64,000 bases of DNA from Candidatus Bathyarchaeia archaeon (GCA_050015395.1 JBEKBM010000012.1:19498-83497); one strand, 5' to 3'; counted from the first letter of the stretch, positions 39,723 through 50,178 are shown. Notes: generated by a model from the letters alone, not told the origin. A program made the numbers and translations.

Positions 39723-40020
39723 AAACCGTCTCTCTCAGAACACGTTCCTTAATGAATGGCTTCAAAGCGTCCCTTGTTACAAGATCAACCTTTATCCCAA
39801 GCTTCTTTGTCAAGAATTCCTCAAGTTCCAAAAACTTGAAGAAACCAACCTGGGCGTCCTTTGAGAAAGTTACAAGGATATCTACATCACTTTTTTTGGT
39901 TTGTTCTCCACGGGTGTAAGAACCGAAGACTCCTATCGTTTCCACCCCGAACCTGTCTCTGAGCGTCGGCTTAAGCGTTTCTAAGGTTGATTTTATTTCT
40001 TCGAGAGTCTTCATGAACAA
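39715..40020 (-). CDS. MNT nucleotidyltransferase antitoxin (MntA-like)
   Basis: GVFGSYTRGEQ...SDVDILV, KVDLVT; overlaps the HepT start. Confidence 0.9.
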   Translation of the reverse strand: MFMKTLEEIKSTLETLKPTLRDRFGVETIGVFGSYTRGEQTKKSDVDILVTFSKDAQVGFFKFLELEEFLTKKLGIKVDLVTRDALKPFIKERVLRETVYA

Positions 40021-40402
40021 CTATTACGCTGCTTCCTTCTTTTCTATTTTATGCAACAAAACTAAACGTAAGTTAGCAGAATTTGGTTTGGCTTTTTTGT
40101 AGAGCTCTTTATCGATTTTTCATCTAGCAAAGTTGTGGTTGGCTGTGTTTTTAGCATTCGTATTTACGATTTTCAAGAAAATGTGTGTAGGCAGAATCGT
40201 TGATACTTACGATCTAAAGGGCGTCAAACTTTCCATAAACAAAACAGGAAAGGCCGCTTGAAACAGCAGAAAAAATTTTGCTCAAACATTTCCATTAATC
40301 CCTTGCTGGATTAGCTATTTTAGTTATTATAATCTGTAAAAACAGTTTCGGTCAAGTAAACTTTTAATCTCATATTAGCAATTGACCTTAGGTTGATCAG
40401 GT

Positions 40403-40669
40403 ATGGCTAGGGTAAAATGCAAGAAATGTGGAAACGTCTTCGAATACACTTACAAACCGTTGGCTTCATTGGTGCATCTTGGACCTTACAAACAAGTCCA
40501 GTGTCCAGCCTGCGGAAAAAGCAGTTGGCTCAACACCTACTCATCAGTGAAAGACCCGGTAACTTGGCCTCCAGAAGGAAAACAGCAAGAGCAGTTTGCC
40601 CCGCCCCAGTTAACTGAGCAAGAACTGGAAAAGAAGCACATAGAAGAATCAAAATACGAAAAAGCCTAA
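40403..40669 (+). CDS. Small zinc-ribbon protein
   Basis: CKKCG and CPACG pairs. Confidence 0.7.
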   Translation: MARVKCKKCGNVFEYTYKPLASLVHLGPYKQVQCPACGKSSWLNTYSSVKDPVTWPPEGKQQEQFAPPQLTEQELEKKHIEESKYEKA

Positions 40670-40697
40670 ACTTAAATGATATTGGACAGCGCAGGGC

Positions 40698-41627
40698 ATG
40701 ATTGACACCGAGAATCTCACCCGAAAATTTGGCAATCTAACAGCTGTAGATAACGTCACCCTGCACGTGGACGAAGGCGAGGTTTTTGGTTTTCTTGGAC
40801 CCAACGGCGCAGGAAAAACCACCACTGTGCGCATGCTCTGCTGTCTAATCGGAAAAACCAGCGGCAATGCCCGCATAGGCGACTTTGCCGTTGACAATGA
40901 AGCTGATCGTCTCAAAATAAGAAAAATGGTTGGCATACTGCCCGAAAACGTCGGCTTATACGACAGTCTAAGTGCCTACCGCAACCTTGACTTTTACGGA
41001 AAACTCTACGAGGTCCCAGAAGCGAAACGGCGAGAAAACATTGAACATCTCCTGCGGCTGCTGGGCATCTGGGAGCGTAGAGACGACGCCGTCGGCACAT
41101 TCTCGAAAGGCACCAAACAGAAAATCGCCATCGCCCGCGCCCTAATCCACGACCCTCAAGTGTTGTTTCTGGATGAACCTACAGCGAATTTGGATCCTGA
41201 AGCCTCAAAAACAGTTCGGGACTTTGTTCTGGGCCTCAAAAAAGAGAAACGCACCATCTTCCTGAACACTCACAACCTAGACGAAGCGGAGCGGCTCTGC
41301 GACCGCATCGCCATCCTGAAAACTCGTCTAATCGTGGTTGACTCACCCAAAAACTTAGAGCGCAGCCTATACAACCGAAAAACCATAGTCCACCTAGACA
41401 GTGTCACCAGCGCGGTTTTAGCCGCCGTTAGGGGGCTGAGTGCAGTGAAGAACCTGAAAACCAGCGACAACAAGTTAATTCTTGACATGGATAATCCAGA
41501 GAGAGATAATCCTGAGTTGGTGCGAGCGATTGTAGCTGCGGGCGGCAACATCCAATACGTCACGGAGCTGCGGTCCACGCTTGAAGATGTCTACTTGAAA
41601 TTAATTCGGGAGGCGCCGGCGCAATGA
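40698..41627 (+). CDS. ABC-2 type exporter ATP-binding protein
   Basis: GPNGAGKTT, FSKG, LFLDEPT, H-loop NTHNL. Confidence 0.93.
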   Translation: MIDTENLTRKFGNLTAVDNVTLHVDEGEVFGFLGPNGAGKTTTVRMLCCLIGKTSGNARIGDFAVDNEADRLKIRKMVGILPENVGLYDSLSAYRNLDFYGKLYEVPEAKRRENIEHLLRLLGIWERRDDAVGTFSKGTKQKIAIARALIHDPQVLFLDEPTANLDPEASKTVRDFVLGLKKEKRTIFLNTHNLDEAERLCDRIAILKTRLIVVDSPKNLERSLYNRKTIVHLDSVTSAVLAAVRGLSAVKNLKTSDNKLILDMDNPERDNPELVRAIVAAGGNIQYVTELRSTLEDVYLKLIREAPAQ

Positions 41628-42376
41628 GATTATGGAAGTCATGGATAGTAACTTCAAAAGACTTGAGTGTATTCAAGAAAAACAAGTACATCCTCTACTC
41701 CTTAGTTGCTCTACCCTTCATATTCGGCGTGGTGCTTCCGATTATTTTCATACTTATTTTAGGAACTGAAGCGTCCCAGCTTACGCAAGCTCAATTCATT
41801 AATGTTGCTAATATACTCGCAAATACAGGTTCGACATATTTTGCTCTTATACCTGTGATTCTCCCTTCGATAATGGGTTCGTACAGTATTGTAGGCGAAA
41901 AAATCGAAAAAAGCCTTGAACCCTTATTGGCTACTCCGACGACGGATGGCGAGCTGCTGTTGGGCAAAAGCTTAGCCACCTTCCTACCCACCATAGGAGT
42001 AACTTACATCGGCGCAGCGATATTCATAACAATCATGGATGTTTGGTCCTACATTAAACTCGGGTTTTTCTTGCTTCCGAACACAGATTTGGCATTAATA
42101 CTTGGTGTGATGGCGCCTTTAGCCTGCGTCTTAAGTGTCGAAGCCAACATCATCATATCTTCCAAGGTAAACGATATACGTGCAGCTCAGCAATTAGGGA
42201 CACTTGTAGTTATCCCCCTGTTGCTCCTGTTAGTTTTTGCAGTCCAAATCACAATAATCCCCATTAGCTTGCTCGCCTTAATCGTGTCCGCAGTATTAGC
42301 CGTCGTAGACATCGCACTGTTCTACCTAAGCAAAGCAACCTTCCAAAGAGAAGAAATACTAACTAAATGGAAATAA
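41624..42376 (+). CDS. ABC-2 type exporter permease
   Basis: 6 TM; GEKIEKSLEPLLATP...LLGK. Confidence 0.9.
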   Translation: MRLWKSWIVTSKDLSVFKKNKYILYSLVALPFIFGVVLPIIFILILGTEASQLTQAQFINVANILANTGSTYFALIPVILPSIMGSYSIVGEKIEKSLEPLLATPTTDGELLLGKSLATFLPTIGVTYIGAAIFITIMDVWSYIKLGFFLLPNTDLALILGVMAPLACVLSVEANIIISSKVNDIRAAQQLGTLVVIPLLLLLVFAVQITIIPISLLALIVSAVLAVVDIALFYLSKATFQREEILTKWK

Positions 42377-42572
42377 ACCTCAAAATAACAAGGTCAAGAA
42401 AAATACGGGTTATACTTTTACTTACCTTTCTCTCACGCATTGTAGGTATAACACTTGCTTTTTCAACGTTTTAAGCCATGAATGCTGTTGGTAATCGTAC
42501 AAACAGGTGTTCACCAAAATAAGTAGCGGGCACGCTTGGAATTCAAGAGACTATTTTAGGCTACCGCATGAT

Positions 42573-42899
42573 TTATGGATTTTTGGTGAGTTCTATCAGT
42601 TGCTTCTTGGTTAATCCCGCTCCCGGCGTGGCATCAAGTCTTTTGTGCACTTTTCCTTTTTTGAAAAGAATCACAGTTGGGTAGTATTCGATTGAGTATT
42701 TCTCGCATAGGTCTGGTTTGTCATCGACTACCACGCTTATGCATTCATGCGGGTTGGCTTTCGCGTACTCCTCAAATATTGGTACAAACATTTGGGAAAA
42801 TGGGCACCATGAAGCATAAAAGAGGACAAAGGCTTTCTCTTTAGCCTCCAAAATACCATCAATATTTTCTTCGGCTTGCTCCTGCTTTTTCTTATCCAT
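42573..42899 (-). CDS. Thioredoxin-fold protein, monothiol (WCPFS)
   Basis: FYASWCPFS, cis-Pro YPT. Confidence 0.85.
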   Translation of the reverse strand: MDKKKQEQAEENIDGILEAKEKAFVLFYASWCPFSQMFVPIFEEYAKANPHECISVVVDDKPDLCEKYSIEYYPTVILFKKGKVHKRLDATPGAGLTKKQLIELTKNP

Positions 42900-42905
42900 T
42901 CTCTT

Positions 42906-43613
42906 TCACCTCTCTCTGTCCTCTTCTGGATAGTGACTGCTGTCACAAAACGGTTTATTTGAGGATTTTCCGCAGCGGCAAAGAGTCACGCGATTTCGCA
43001 CCTCATAGAGTTTTCCGTCCGCAGAGTAGACTGGGATTCCACCACGAACCCAAAATGGTCCACCGACGCCTATACTCGGATCCTCAATTATGCCAATCGA
43101 CTTGGCTAAAACAGGCTCAATTGTCATGCCAGTTTTCTTATCTAAAACTACAAGCCTGCCTGAGGGACAATCGCAAGCATTTTCTATCGCGTTTTTCTTG
43201 GCTTTCGGGTCGTCTGATTTGGGAATTACATCCCAGATATCGCCGCCTCGATGGCAAAAACGTGCCGAAGCACAGAGTATCTCTGCATCCTTTAACTTTA
43301 ATTCTGGACCATCAATTATTTTTGCTGCATTCTCGAAAGGCTCATTTGTGCTTGTTTCTGTTCCATCAAAATTTACTTTCAAATGAGTGCTATCGCAAAA
43401 TGGCTTGTTATTGGATTGACCGCACCGGCATAAGGCATAGTTTTCTGTAGTCTTCAAGTTTTTTCCTATGACCCATTTGGCTGGGGTCCCTTGTAAGTCG
43501 CATTTTATTGTCATGCTAAACAAAGGAATGCCTCCAGAAACCAAATATGGCCCATCCTTGCTAACGGTTATCTTGCAGTCTTCTTTTGCACTTGAATTTT
43601 TTGGCAATTTCAT
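42906..43613 (-). CDS. CDGSH iron-sulfur domain protein (two CDGSH domains plus central divergent 4Fe-4S domain)
   Basis: LCRCGQSNNKPFCDSTH, CASARFC..CPSG, LCRCGKSSNKPFCDSSH. Confidence 0.9.
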   Translation of the reverse strand: MKLPKNSSAKEDCKITVSKDGPYLVSGGIPLFSMTIKCDLQGTPAKWVIGKNLKTTENYALCRCGQSNNKPFCDSTHLKVNFDGTETSTNEPFENAAKIIDGPELKLKDAEILCASARFCHRGGDIWDVIPKSDDPKAKKNAIENACDCPSGRLVVLDKKTGMTIEPVLAKSIGIIEDPSIGVGGPFWVRGGIPVYSADGKLYEVRNRVTLCRCGKSSNKPFCDSSHYPEEDRER

Positions 43614-43721
43614 TACCTCAACTTTACTGAATCAAAATGAAAGTAATAAGGTTACTACGAAGTAAACCAAGTTGCAAGATAAAAATAGCGGGAAAGTTAG
43701 CAAAGAAAAATCAAAGGTTTT

Positions 43722-45212
43722 TCACTGTAGCTCTGTAATTTCAGCGTGTCTTAATTGCCGTTTTGCTATTCCTGCGAAGACCTTGTAAAATTCTTTCAGG
43801 GCAACTCGATACCCCTTATCCATGAAGGACATGTCTAAAAGATTGTCAACCCAGCGGATGCTGTGTTCGGCGCATTGGAACATTAGTTGCTTGTGGAGTT
43901 CATTCATTCCTGTTTGTGTGAACCAGTCTTTGTTTTTCAATCTCCCCAGAGGAACGAAGAATAAGGGCACAATGAGGCTTCGGCAATCTTTAACGTCGTC
44001 TATAAGCTCCATCGTTTTTATGATATCGTCCTCAGTTTCTTCAGGAAGTCCAACGATTAGAGTTCCGGCTGGAATCAACTTGTGATCATGCATTATTCCC
44101 AAGCCTTGCCGAGCAACCATGGGCCATTCTTCGGGCTTAAACGGAAGCGCTTTAGCTGGCATGATTTTTTTGGCAAGTTCAGCTGAGCCTGTTTCGATGC
44201 CGATTTCTGCTCCCCACCATGCTTGCTTTTGAAGTATGATTTCTGAGAGTTTGGAGACGAGCTTTGGTTTTGAAGCTACAGCAGCTAAGGAACAGTGGCT
44301 CCAACTTATGGTTTGGACCTTGCTCATGACTACTTCGTGAAGTTTTAGCAGCTTTTCGTCATTGGGCACTGCGTTCGGGGAACCATACAGCATGACGTCT
44401 TCCGAGTGCAAGCAGATAACACGCTGTTTACCGACCTCAACGTTGACTGTTAATTCCCGCACGATTTTATCAAGGGGATACCAACGTAGGGGTCTGAGTG
44501 TAACATTACAGAATTCGCATCCCCTGCAACAGCCTCTTCCAATTTCAATTAGACCATTAACTGAAGGCTGAACAATGTCTGGTATATCGTCCAATTTAGG
44601 CGCATCTTTAGATGAGACCTCGTAATGCGCTGGTAGTTCCTCGCCGCTCATGGCTGCTTTGATGATTTTTCCGATAACGTTTTCCGCTTCTCCCTCTACA
44701 ACGCAATCTATTGCTTTTTTTTCAACGAGCTGAGGTCGATAACTAAACTGCCATGCACCTGGGCCACCTACTATCACTTTTAAACCGTTCTTTTTTGCTT
44801 CTCTGACAACAGGACTGGTTACTAAAGCATGGAAGTGCCTTGCCAAGAACGGCTCTTTCTTAAAAACAGATGCTAGTGTGGTTGATGCTGGACCGAAACC
44901 AAAGGGATCCATGACGTGAATACCGAGAACCTTCGCATTTTTAATGTGCTTTCGAAGATGCTGTGGGCTAATTGTTAAAACGTTAAAGCCTTCTTTAAGC
45001 AGTTGAGCCTCGATTTTTCTTAAGCCATAAGGTGCAGCAGTTGGCAACCCATTGCTTGTCCCTATCGGTGGGAAAAACAGGTAACTGTACAAGACATCAG
45101 GGATGAAGTTGGAAGGAGCGCACGTACCAAAGCCCAGGAATTCATTGCCATGGTAATTGCTCATTAGTGTTCTGTCAGCTGTTAAGAGTACGTCCACACA
45201 ATTATTTGCCAT
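43722..45212 (-). CDS. B12-binding-like radical SAM protein (possibly Grs/Gms tetraether-lipid-modifying family)
   Basis: CCRGCEFC (CxxxCxxC), LTADRTLMS, APYGLRKIEA, GGPGAWQ, GIETGS. Confidence 0.8.
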   Translation of the reverse strand: MANNCVDVLLTADRTLMSNYHGNEFLGFGTCAPSNFIPDVLYSYLFFPPIGTSNGLPTAAPYGLRKIEAQLLKEGFNVLTISPQHLRKHIKNAKVLGIHVMDPFGFGPASTTLASVFKKEPFLARHFHALVTSPVVREAKKNGLKVIVGGPGAWQFSYRPQLVEKKAIDCVVEGEAENVIGKIIKAAMSGEELPAHYEVSSKDAPKLDDIPDIVQPSVNGLIEIGRGCCRGCEFCNVTLRPLRWYPLDKIVRELTVNVEVGKQRVICLHSEDVMLYGSPNAVPNDEKLLKLHEVVMSKVQTISWSHCSLAAVASKPKLVSKLSEIILQKQAWWGAEIGIETGSAELAKKIMPAKALPFKPEEWPMVARQGLGIMHDHKLIPAGTLIVGLPEETEDDIIKTMELIDDVKDCRSLIVPLFFVPLGRLKNKDWFTQTGMNELHKQLMFQCAEHSIRWVDNLLDMSFMDKGYRVALKEFYKVFAGIAKRQLRHAEITELQ

Positions 45213-45544
45213 TTGGAAATCATCCGTGTCAAACAGGTTATTTTTCTATAGATGAATATATCAGCTACTTAGCAATAGGATTAAATTATTGGTACATCCA
45301 AATAAACGTTACATAGTTATGTAATCTTGGCTAATGAAGGATTCGTCCAATAGATTGCTGTCCTATCTGGCAATAGGCCCTTTTCGCCTTTCACAATCAA
45401 TGTACATTTGTGAATTGTTCATGTATCGATTGTCTATTTAAGTGGTTTTGATTCTTACCATTGTTTACAATATTTCAATTTTTATGCGGTTATGTTTATA
45501 TATATCTTGTTTTACTAAACAAACGTCAAGTGAACCCTTAGGGT

Positions 45545-46027
45545 GTGAGAAGTTTGGGCTTAAAACTGAGTAAAAGCCCAACGAAAAAATTGGACGCCAT
45601 TGATCTGCAAATCATACGAGCATTGGAAGAAGATTCACGCGTAAGTTTGCGTAAGCTAGCTCAAAGAGTTGGAATAACCCCAAACGTTCTGCATAATCGC
45701 CTCGGCAGTCTAGAGCGTGAAGGCATAATTCTTGGATACGTACCCGTTGTCGATGCAGCTAAGATGGGTTATGCCTTGACCGCAATCATCATGATTCAGG
45801 TTGAAGGCGGGCATATTATTGAAGTCGAAAACGAAATTGCCAAAGAAAGCAACGTCTTATCCGTCTATGACATAACCGGAGAATATGATGCAATCGTCTT
45901 CGCCAAGTTCCGAGACAATGCAAGCCTTAATGGTTATTTGAAAAAACTGCTAACTGAGCGCTTCATAAAGAGAACCACTACGCTGATTGCTTTGAACGCT
46001 GTAAAAGAATACAGCAAAGTTATTTGA
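45545..46027 (+). CDS. Lrp/AsnC family transcriptional regulator (full HTH + RAM)
   Basis: LDAIDLQIIRALEEDSRVSLRKLA...YDITGEYD. Confidence 0.92.
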   Translation: MRSLGLKLSKSPTKKLDAIDLQIIRALEEDSRVSLRKLAQRVGITPNVLHNRLGSLEREGIILGYVPVVDAAKMGYALTAIIMIQVEGGHIIEVENEIAKESNVLSVYDITGEYDAIVFAKFRDNASLNGYLKKLLTERFIKRTTTLIALNAVKEYSKVI

Positions 46028-46169
46028 TTGAATCCCGCTTCCTGAATTGTTCAAAGCTCATACCGTTATCAGATTCATCGTTAACCTCGTTGCTACAAAC
46101 AAAATTGCAGAAAATTGTAAATACTTAATATTGCTGAGCAAGTATTACTGCACTTGAAATTGAGGGCGG

Positions 46170-46850
46170 GTGTTTGAGTTGAAAAGCCTTAAAGGTATCT
46201 TGGTTGTAGGTGAAAAAAACATTTTCATCGAGCTTACACAAATAATCGCCATCGCTATAGAAGCCAACACTCTTGTATTAAACATGTTCAAAGAAGATTA
46301 CAAAGAAAAAGAGTTAACTGAAGCCATGCATGCGATGCAGTCGCTTGAGAAAAAATCTGATGAAATAGCCTTCAGAATAAGTGAAGAAATTACAAGCGGC
46401 GCTATCAGTCCCAACATAATAGATAGCCTTCTTGAAGGCGTCCAGTTTGCTGACGACATAGTTGACCTGTATTATTACCTGAGCAGGGAATTACATCGAA
46501 TGGCGAAAGCATACTCATCAGGTTTCGAATTGCAGCATGCTGATTGGGACTCTGTGTATGAGAACATTCTTGCCCTCGCGGAAAAAGCTCTCTTGAAGCT
46601 CAAGCAGGCGCTCTCTTCATCCAACGTTACGGAGATTTTGGAGTTGCGCAAAGAAATTGAAGCCTTAGAAGAGCAGGGCGATGACGTAAAGGACGCGGGA
46701 TTTGACAGGCTATATAGTATAACGCCGAGACTGTATTACTTACAGTTCTATCATTATTCTGAACTTTTGCACAAATGCGACGACATACTTGATTCTTGCG
46801 AGGACTTCTCTGACCTGATTGTCTCCGTGGTTACTTCCATCCTTAAGTGA
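46170..46850 (+). CDS. DUF47/PhoU-like phosphate transport regulator
   Basis: Repeated LEKKSDE / LEEQGDD helical motifs; adjacent to PiT. Confidence 0.85.
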   Translation: MFELKSLKGILVVGEKNIFIELTQIIAIAIEANTLVLNMFKEDYKEKELTEAMHAMQSLEKKSDEIAFRISEEITSGAISPNIIDSLLEGVQFADDIVDLYYYLSRELHRMAKAYSSGFELQHADWDSVYENILALAEKALLKLKQALSSSNVTEILELRKEIEALEEQGDDVKDAGFDRLYSITPRLYYLQFYHYSELLHKCDDILDSCEDFSDLIVSVVTSILK

Positions 46851-46856
46851 CATGGC

Positions 46857-47771
46857 ATGCTGTGGCTTTCAATCGTTATTCTCGTATTAACTTTCATCGC
46901 GGTAATGTTAGTTTCAGGCAACAACCTATCCGCATGCGTTGGTCCCGCCGTAGGCTCAAGAATCATAAGTAAACGATTTGGCATGCTACTGGGCGCTGCA
47001 GGGTTTTCGCTGGGACTTGTTGCCCAAGGCATGGGAATGACAAAAACAGTAAATGTACTGCTGCCAAATGTGGCTTTGCAGTTTCGGGCGGAAGCTTTGC
47101 TGGTGGCGATAATAATTTTTGTTGCTGCCGACTTAATTAGAGTGCCGATGTCTCTTAGCATGTCGCTTGTCGGTTTGCTCGCAGGCTTATCCATTGCAAG
47201 TGGTACACTTACAAACAGTGCTTACGTAGCTGAGGTAGTTGCCATGTGGGTTGCGGCACCCCTAATTGCTATAGTTTTTGCTTTTTACCTCATCAGAATC
47301 CTCAATAGGCGCTGGCCTGAAAACATTTGGCGAAGACTACAAACCTACAAAATCTTGCTTATTGTTTTAGCATTTTCTACTTCATATGTTCTAGGGGCAA
47401 ATACCCTTGGGTTGATAGTTGCCACAGGCGGTTTCAATATAACAACCATTATAGCCGCAATCGTCGCAATATTTATCGGAACGTTGTATTTGAGTGCCGG
47501 CGAGATTCGTAGGGTTGCTCAAGAGCTTTTTCTCATGCGGTACCCAAACGCGACGGCGACACTTGTGGTTTCAACAGTTCTCGTAGAGGCAGCTACGATT
47601 TTAAATATTCCACTTTCCAACACGCAAGCCCTCGCGGCGGCAGTTTTCGGAACAGGCATATCTTACAAATCCAAGTTCGTATCGCTCAAGCCGTTCCTGC
47701 TGATAGCGTTAAGCTGGGTAATCGCGCCTCTAATAAGCTTCACAATAGGGTTAATTATAGGCTCCATTTAA
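46857..47771 (+). CDS. Inorganic phosphate transporter (PiT family)
   Basis: SGNN and LGANTLG signatures, PLSNTQ, SWVIAP. Confidence 0.85.
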   Translation: MLWLSIVILVLTFIAVMLVSGNNLSACVGPAVGSRIISKRFGMLLGAAGFSLGLVAQGMGMTKTVNVLLPNVALQFRAEALLVAIIIFVAADLIRVPMSLSMSLVGLLAGLSIASGTLTNSAYVAEVVAMWVAAPLIAIVFAFYLIRILNRRWPENIWRRLQTYKILLIVLAFSTSYVLGANTLGLIVATGGFNITTIIAAIVAIFIGTLYLSAGEIRRVAQELFLMRYPNATATLVVSTVLVEAATILNIPLSNTQALAAAVFGTGISYKSKFVSLKPFLLIALSWVIAPLISFTIGLIIGSI

Positions 47772-48200
47772 TGTCTGTTGTTTTATGGTTTAGCGGTTTA
47801 GGGGGTGTGTTGCTTGGTGTTTGTTGGCTGGTTTTTTTAGTTCGGTATTTGCAGTAACGCTTTAGCATGGCAGCTTTTTGTTGCTATTTTTAGTTGATTT
47901 TTGCCACAAATAGTAGGGTAGGTCTATAGGTGACGGTTTGTGTTCAGGGCTTGTTTTAGGTTGCTTTTCTGGTTTAGGGGTTGAATTGATTGCAGGTTGC
48001 GGCTGGAAAAGGTGTAAAATGATAAAAAAAGTGGAAAAAGGCTAGAACCCTTGAAGAGCTAAAAAGGACCTGGTGTTATTGCTGGTTGAAAGCTAAATCT
48101 AAAGGATTGGATTTAGTGAAGTGGCTTGAATTCTTTTTTTATTTCTTGTAGGTTTCATTTGTCTATGTTCAAAGAATATTATTGGAAACCAGTCCAGTAT

Positions 48201-48240
48201 TTCATAAAAGTTATGAACAAATATTAACTATGTTTATATT
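48201..48240 (+). promoter_or_regulatory. Shared promoter/operator motif, copy 1 (APC permease)
   Basis: TTCATAAAAGTTATGAACAAAT-N10-TTTATAT; contains inverted repeat TTCATAA-AAG-TTATGAA. Confidence 0.7.
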
Positions 48241-48282
48241 TCTCTGAACATATCAATTGGTAAAATTAAATTGGTGTTACTA

Positions 48283-48390
48283 TTGAAAAAAGCTTCAAAA
48301 ACCAGACAGAACATTGAAGAACTGATTATCATAGACGCTCGAGGACAACCCCACAGTATCTTTCAAAAAAGAATTTCGAGGGAAACGTAG
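48283..48390 (+). CDS. Putative 35-aa leader ORF
   Basis: TTG start; MKKASKTRQNIEELIIIDARGQPHSIFQKRISRET*; stop overlaps the APC GTG (TAGTG). Confidence 0.4.
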   Translation: MKKASKTRQNIEELIIIDARGQPHSIFQKRISRET

Positions 48391-49940
48391 TGTCTAGCGA
48401 ACAAAGCGCACCCCCTCAGATGAAGAAAACCTTATCCCTCAGTGGGCTAACCATCAACGCCATGGCGTTAATAGCGCCCGGTGCATTTCTCTGGCTTACT
48501 TACGAATTACAAGCTGCTCAGGTAGACCCTTCAGGAGTCTCCACAGCTCCGGACATATGGACCGGTCTGTTCCTAGCATTGATACTGTCTTTCTTGACTG
48601 CCGCTTCCTACTCATGGCTATCTCGCCGTTACCCGGACGCTGGTGCAGGCAGCTCATACTACTTTGCTCAACGTGCTTTGCTTGACAGAGGCAGCAGCAA
48701 CAAGACTGCTAGAAACGCCAAGTTTATTGTTGGTTGGCTTTCCCATCTGTACTATTGGGTTTATCCAGGTGTCATGGTGGGAATGATGGGTTTCTTCATA
48801 ACATACATTCTGTCGACAGTCGGCATAGTAATAGCTCCGCTAACCGAAGTTGCAATCGTAGTTGCGTTCGCTGTTCTTGTAGGTTTCATAGCTTTCAGAG
48901 GAATCAACGGCTCCACGCGAACAAACCTTATGATCAACATAGCGCAAATTGGCATGCTTATTGGTGTGACAGGTGTTGCGCTGGCTTATCGCTTCTTAAA
49001 CCCTGACCACGTGAAATTCTACTTCTCAAACCCTGTTAGCGTGCTAATACCGAGCAGTGCAAGCCACATGCTATTTCAAGCAACCATCGCCATACTCGTG
49101 CTAGTCGGCTTCGAATCCGTAACTGCATTGACCGGTGAAGCGAAAAATCCAAAAGATGTTCCAAAGGCAATTATTCTCTCACTCGTCATTCAAGGCGCAT
49201 TTTGCTATCTGCTAGAGTTCTATGGCATGCAGGCATGGATTAACTCAAAGTACACATTTGGAGCGGCAGCAGCTTCCAACTCCCCAATAGGCGATATGAT
49301 AATTCAATCAATTAACGGGTTGTTTGGCGGTGGCGGCTTCATCATTATGCTTGTCGTAGCTGCGGTCGTCGCAACGGCAATACTAGGTACAACTCTATCA
49401 TGCATGAACACGGGCGTAAGAGTCACGTATGCAATCAGCCGCGATACTGAGGTCCCTGAACCGCTCGGAAAACTCAACCCAAGATACGGTACTCCTGCCA
49501 TCGGCATATGGGTGATGACTGCTGTGTCAGCTGGAATAGGTGCCTTCGGTGTCCTGTCGTTAACAAACTTGAGTGCAATCACGTATCTGTCCAACTTCGG
49601 AACTTTCCTGCTGTATGGTGTCACATGTCTCATTGCAGTCTATGCGCTTTCTCGAGAACGTCGCTCAATCCTGACCAAATACATAATTCCAATCGCTGGT
49701 TTAGCCGCCAACGTAGTCATGATGGTAACGCTTATCTGGCTAGCCGTAATAGGTGGAGGCGCCACACAATTGGCAGGGTTCATTGCAATAGCAGCAACTG
49801 CGATATGGATGGCCATAGGACTTGGATACTTCGCTCTGAACTCAAGAAGCAAAGAATCAAGAATCTTCCCCTTCCCAGGCAAAGAAACTGCGGAGGACAA
49901 AAACAGAAAGTATAGCATGGAAGAATTTCGGGCCAATTAG
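48390..49940 (+). CDS. APC superfamily permease
   Basis: About 12 TM; AGSSYYF, VGFESVTALTGEAKNP, RYGTP. Confidence 0.9.
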   Translation: MSSEQSAPPQMKKTLSLSGLTINAMALIAPGAFLWLTYELQAAQVDPSGVSTAPDIWTGLFLALILSFLTAASYSWLSRRYPDAGAGSSYYFAQRALLDRGSSNKTARNAKFIVGWLSHLYYWVYPGVMVGMMGFFITYILSTVGIVIAPLTEVAIVVAFAVLVGFIAFRGINGSTRTNLMINIAQIGMLIGVTGVALAYRFLNPDHVKFYFSNPVSVLIPSSASHMLFQATIAILVLVGFESVTALTGEAKNPKDVPKAIILSLVIQGAFCYLLEFYGMQAWINSKYTFGAAAASNSPIGDMIIQSINGLFGGGGFIIMLVVAAVVATAILGTTLSCMNTGVRVTYAISRDTEVPEPLGKLNPRYGTPAIGIWVMTAVSAGIGAFGVLSLTNLSAITYLSNFGTFLLYGVTCLIAVYALSRERRSILTKYIIPIAGLAANVVMMVTLIWLAVIGGGATQLAGFIAIAATAIWMAIGLGYFALNSRSKESRIFPFPGKETAEDKNRKYSMEEFRAN

Positions 49941-49944
49941 ACTG

Positions 49945-49970
49945 GGTCAAATTTGTTTGACCTTCTTTTT
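49945..49970 (+). terminator. Hairpin plus T-tract after the APC permease
   Basis: GGTCAAA-tttg-TTTGACC followed by TTCTTTTT. Confidence 0.55.
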
Positions 49971-50138
49971 CTTAAATTTTTCTTTATTTCAATCCGCATT
50001 TAAGTCGGCTCCATTTCTGTTCGTGAGAACCTGCGCAGTTTGGAAGATGTGTTGTTTCAACATGTTTTCCTGACTTTATGTTTTGGATGCGCTCATGTTT
50101 TCAATTATTAGACATTTTCATGTAAATTAGTCCAATTT

Positions 50139-50178
50139 TTCTGAAAAATTATGTACAAATCATAAATAGCTTTATATG
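50139..50178 (+). promoter_or_regulatory. Shared promoter/operator motif, copy 2 (kdp operon)
   Basis: TTCTGAAAAATTATGTACAAAT-N10-TTTATAT. Confidence 0.7.
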
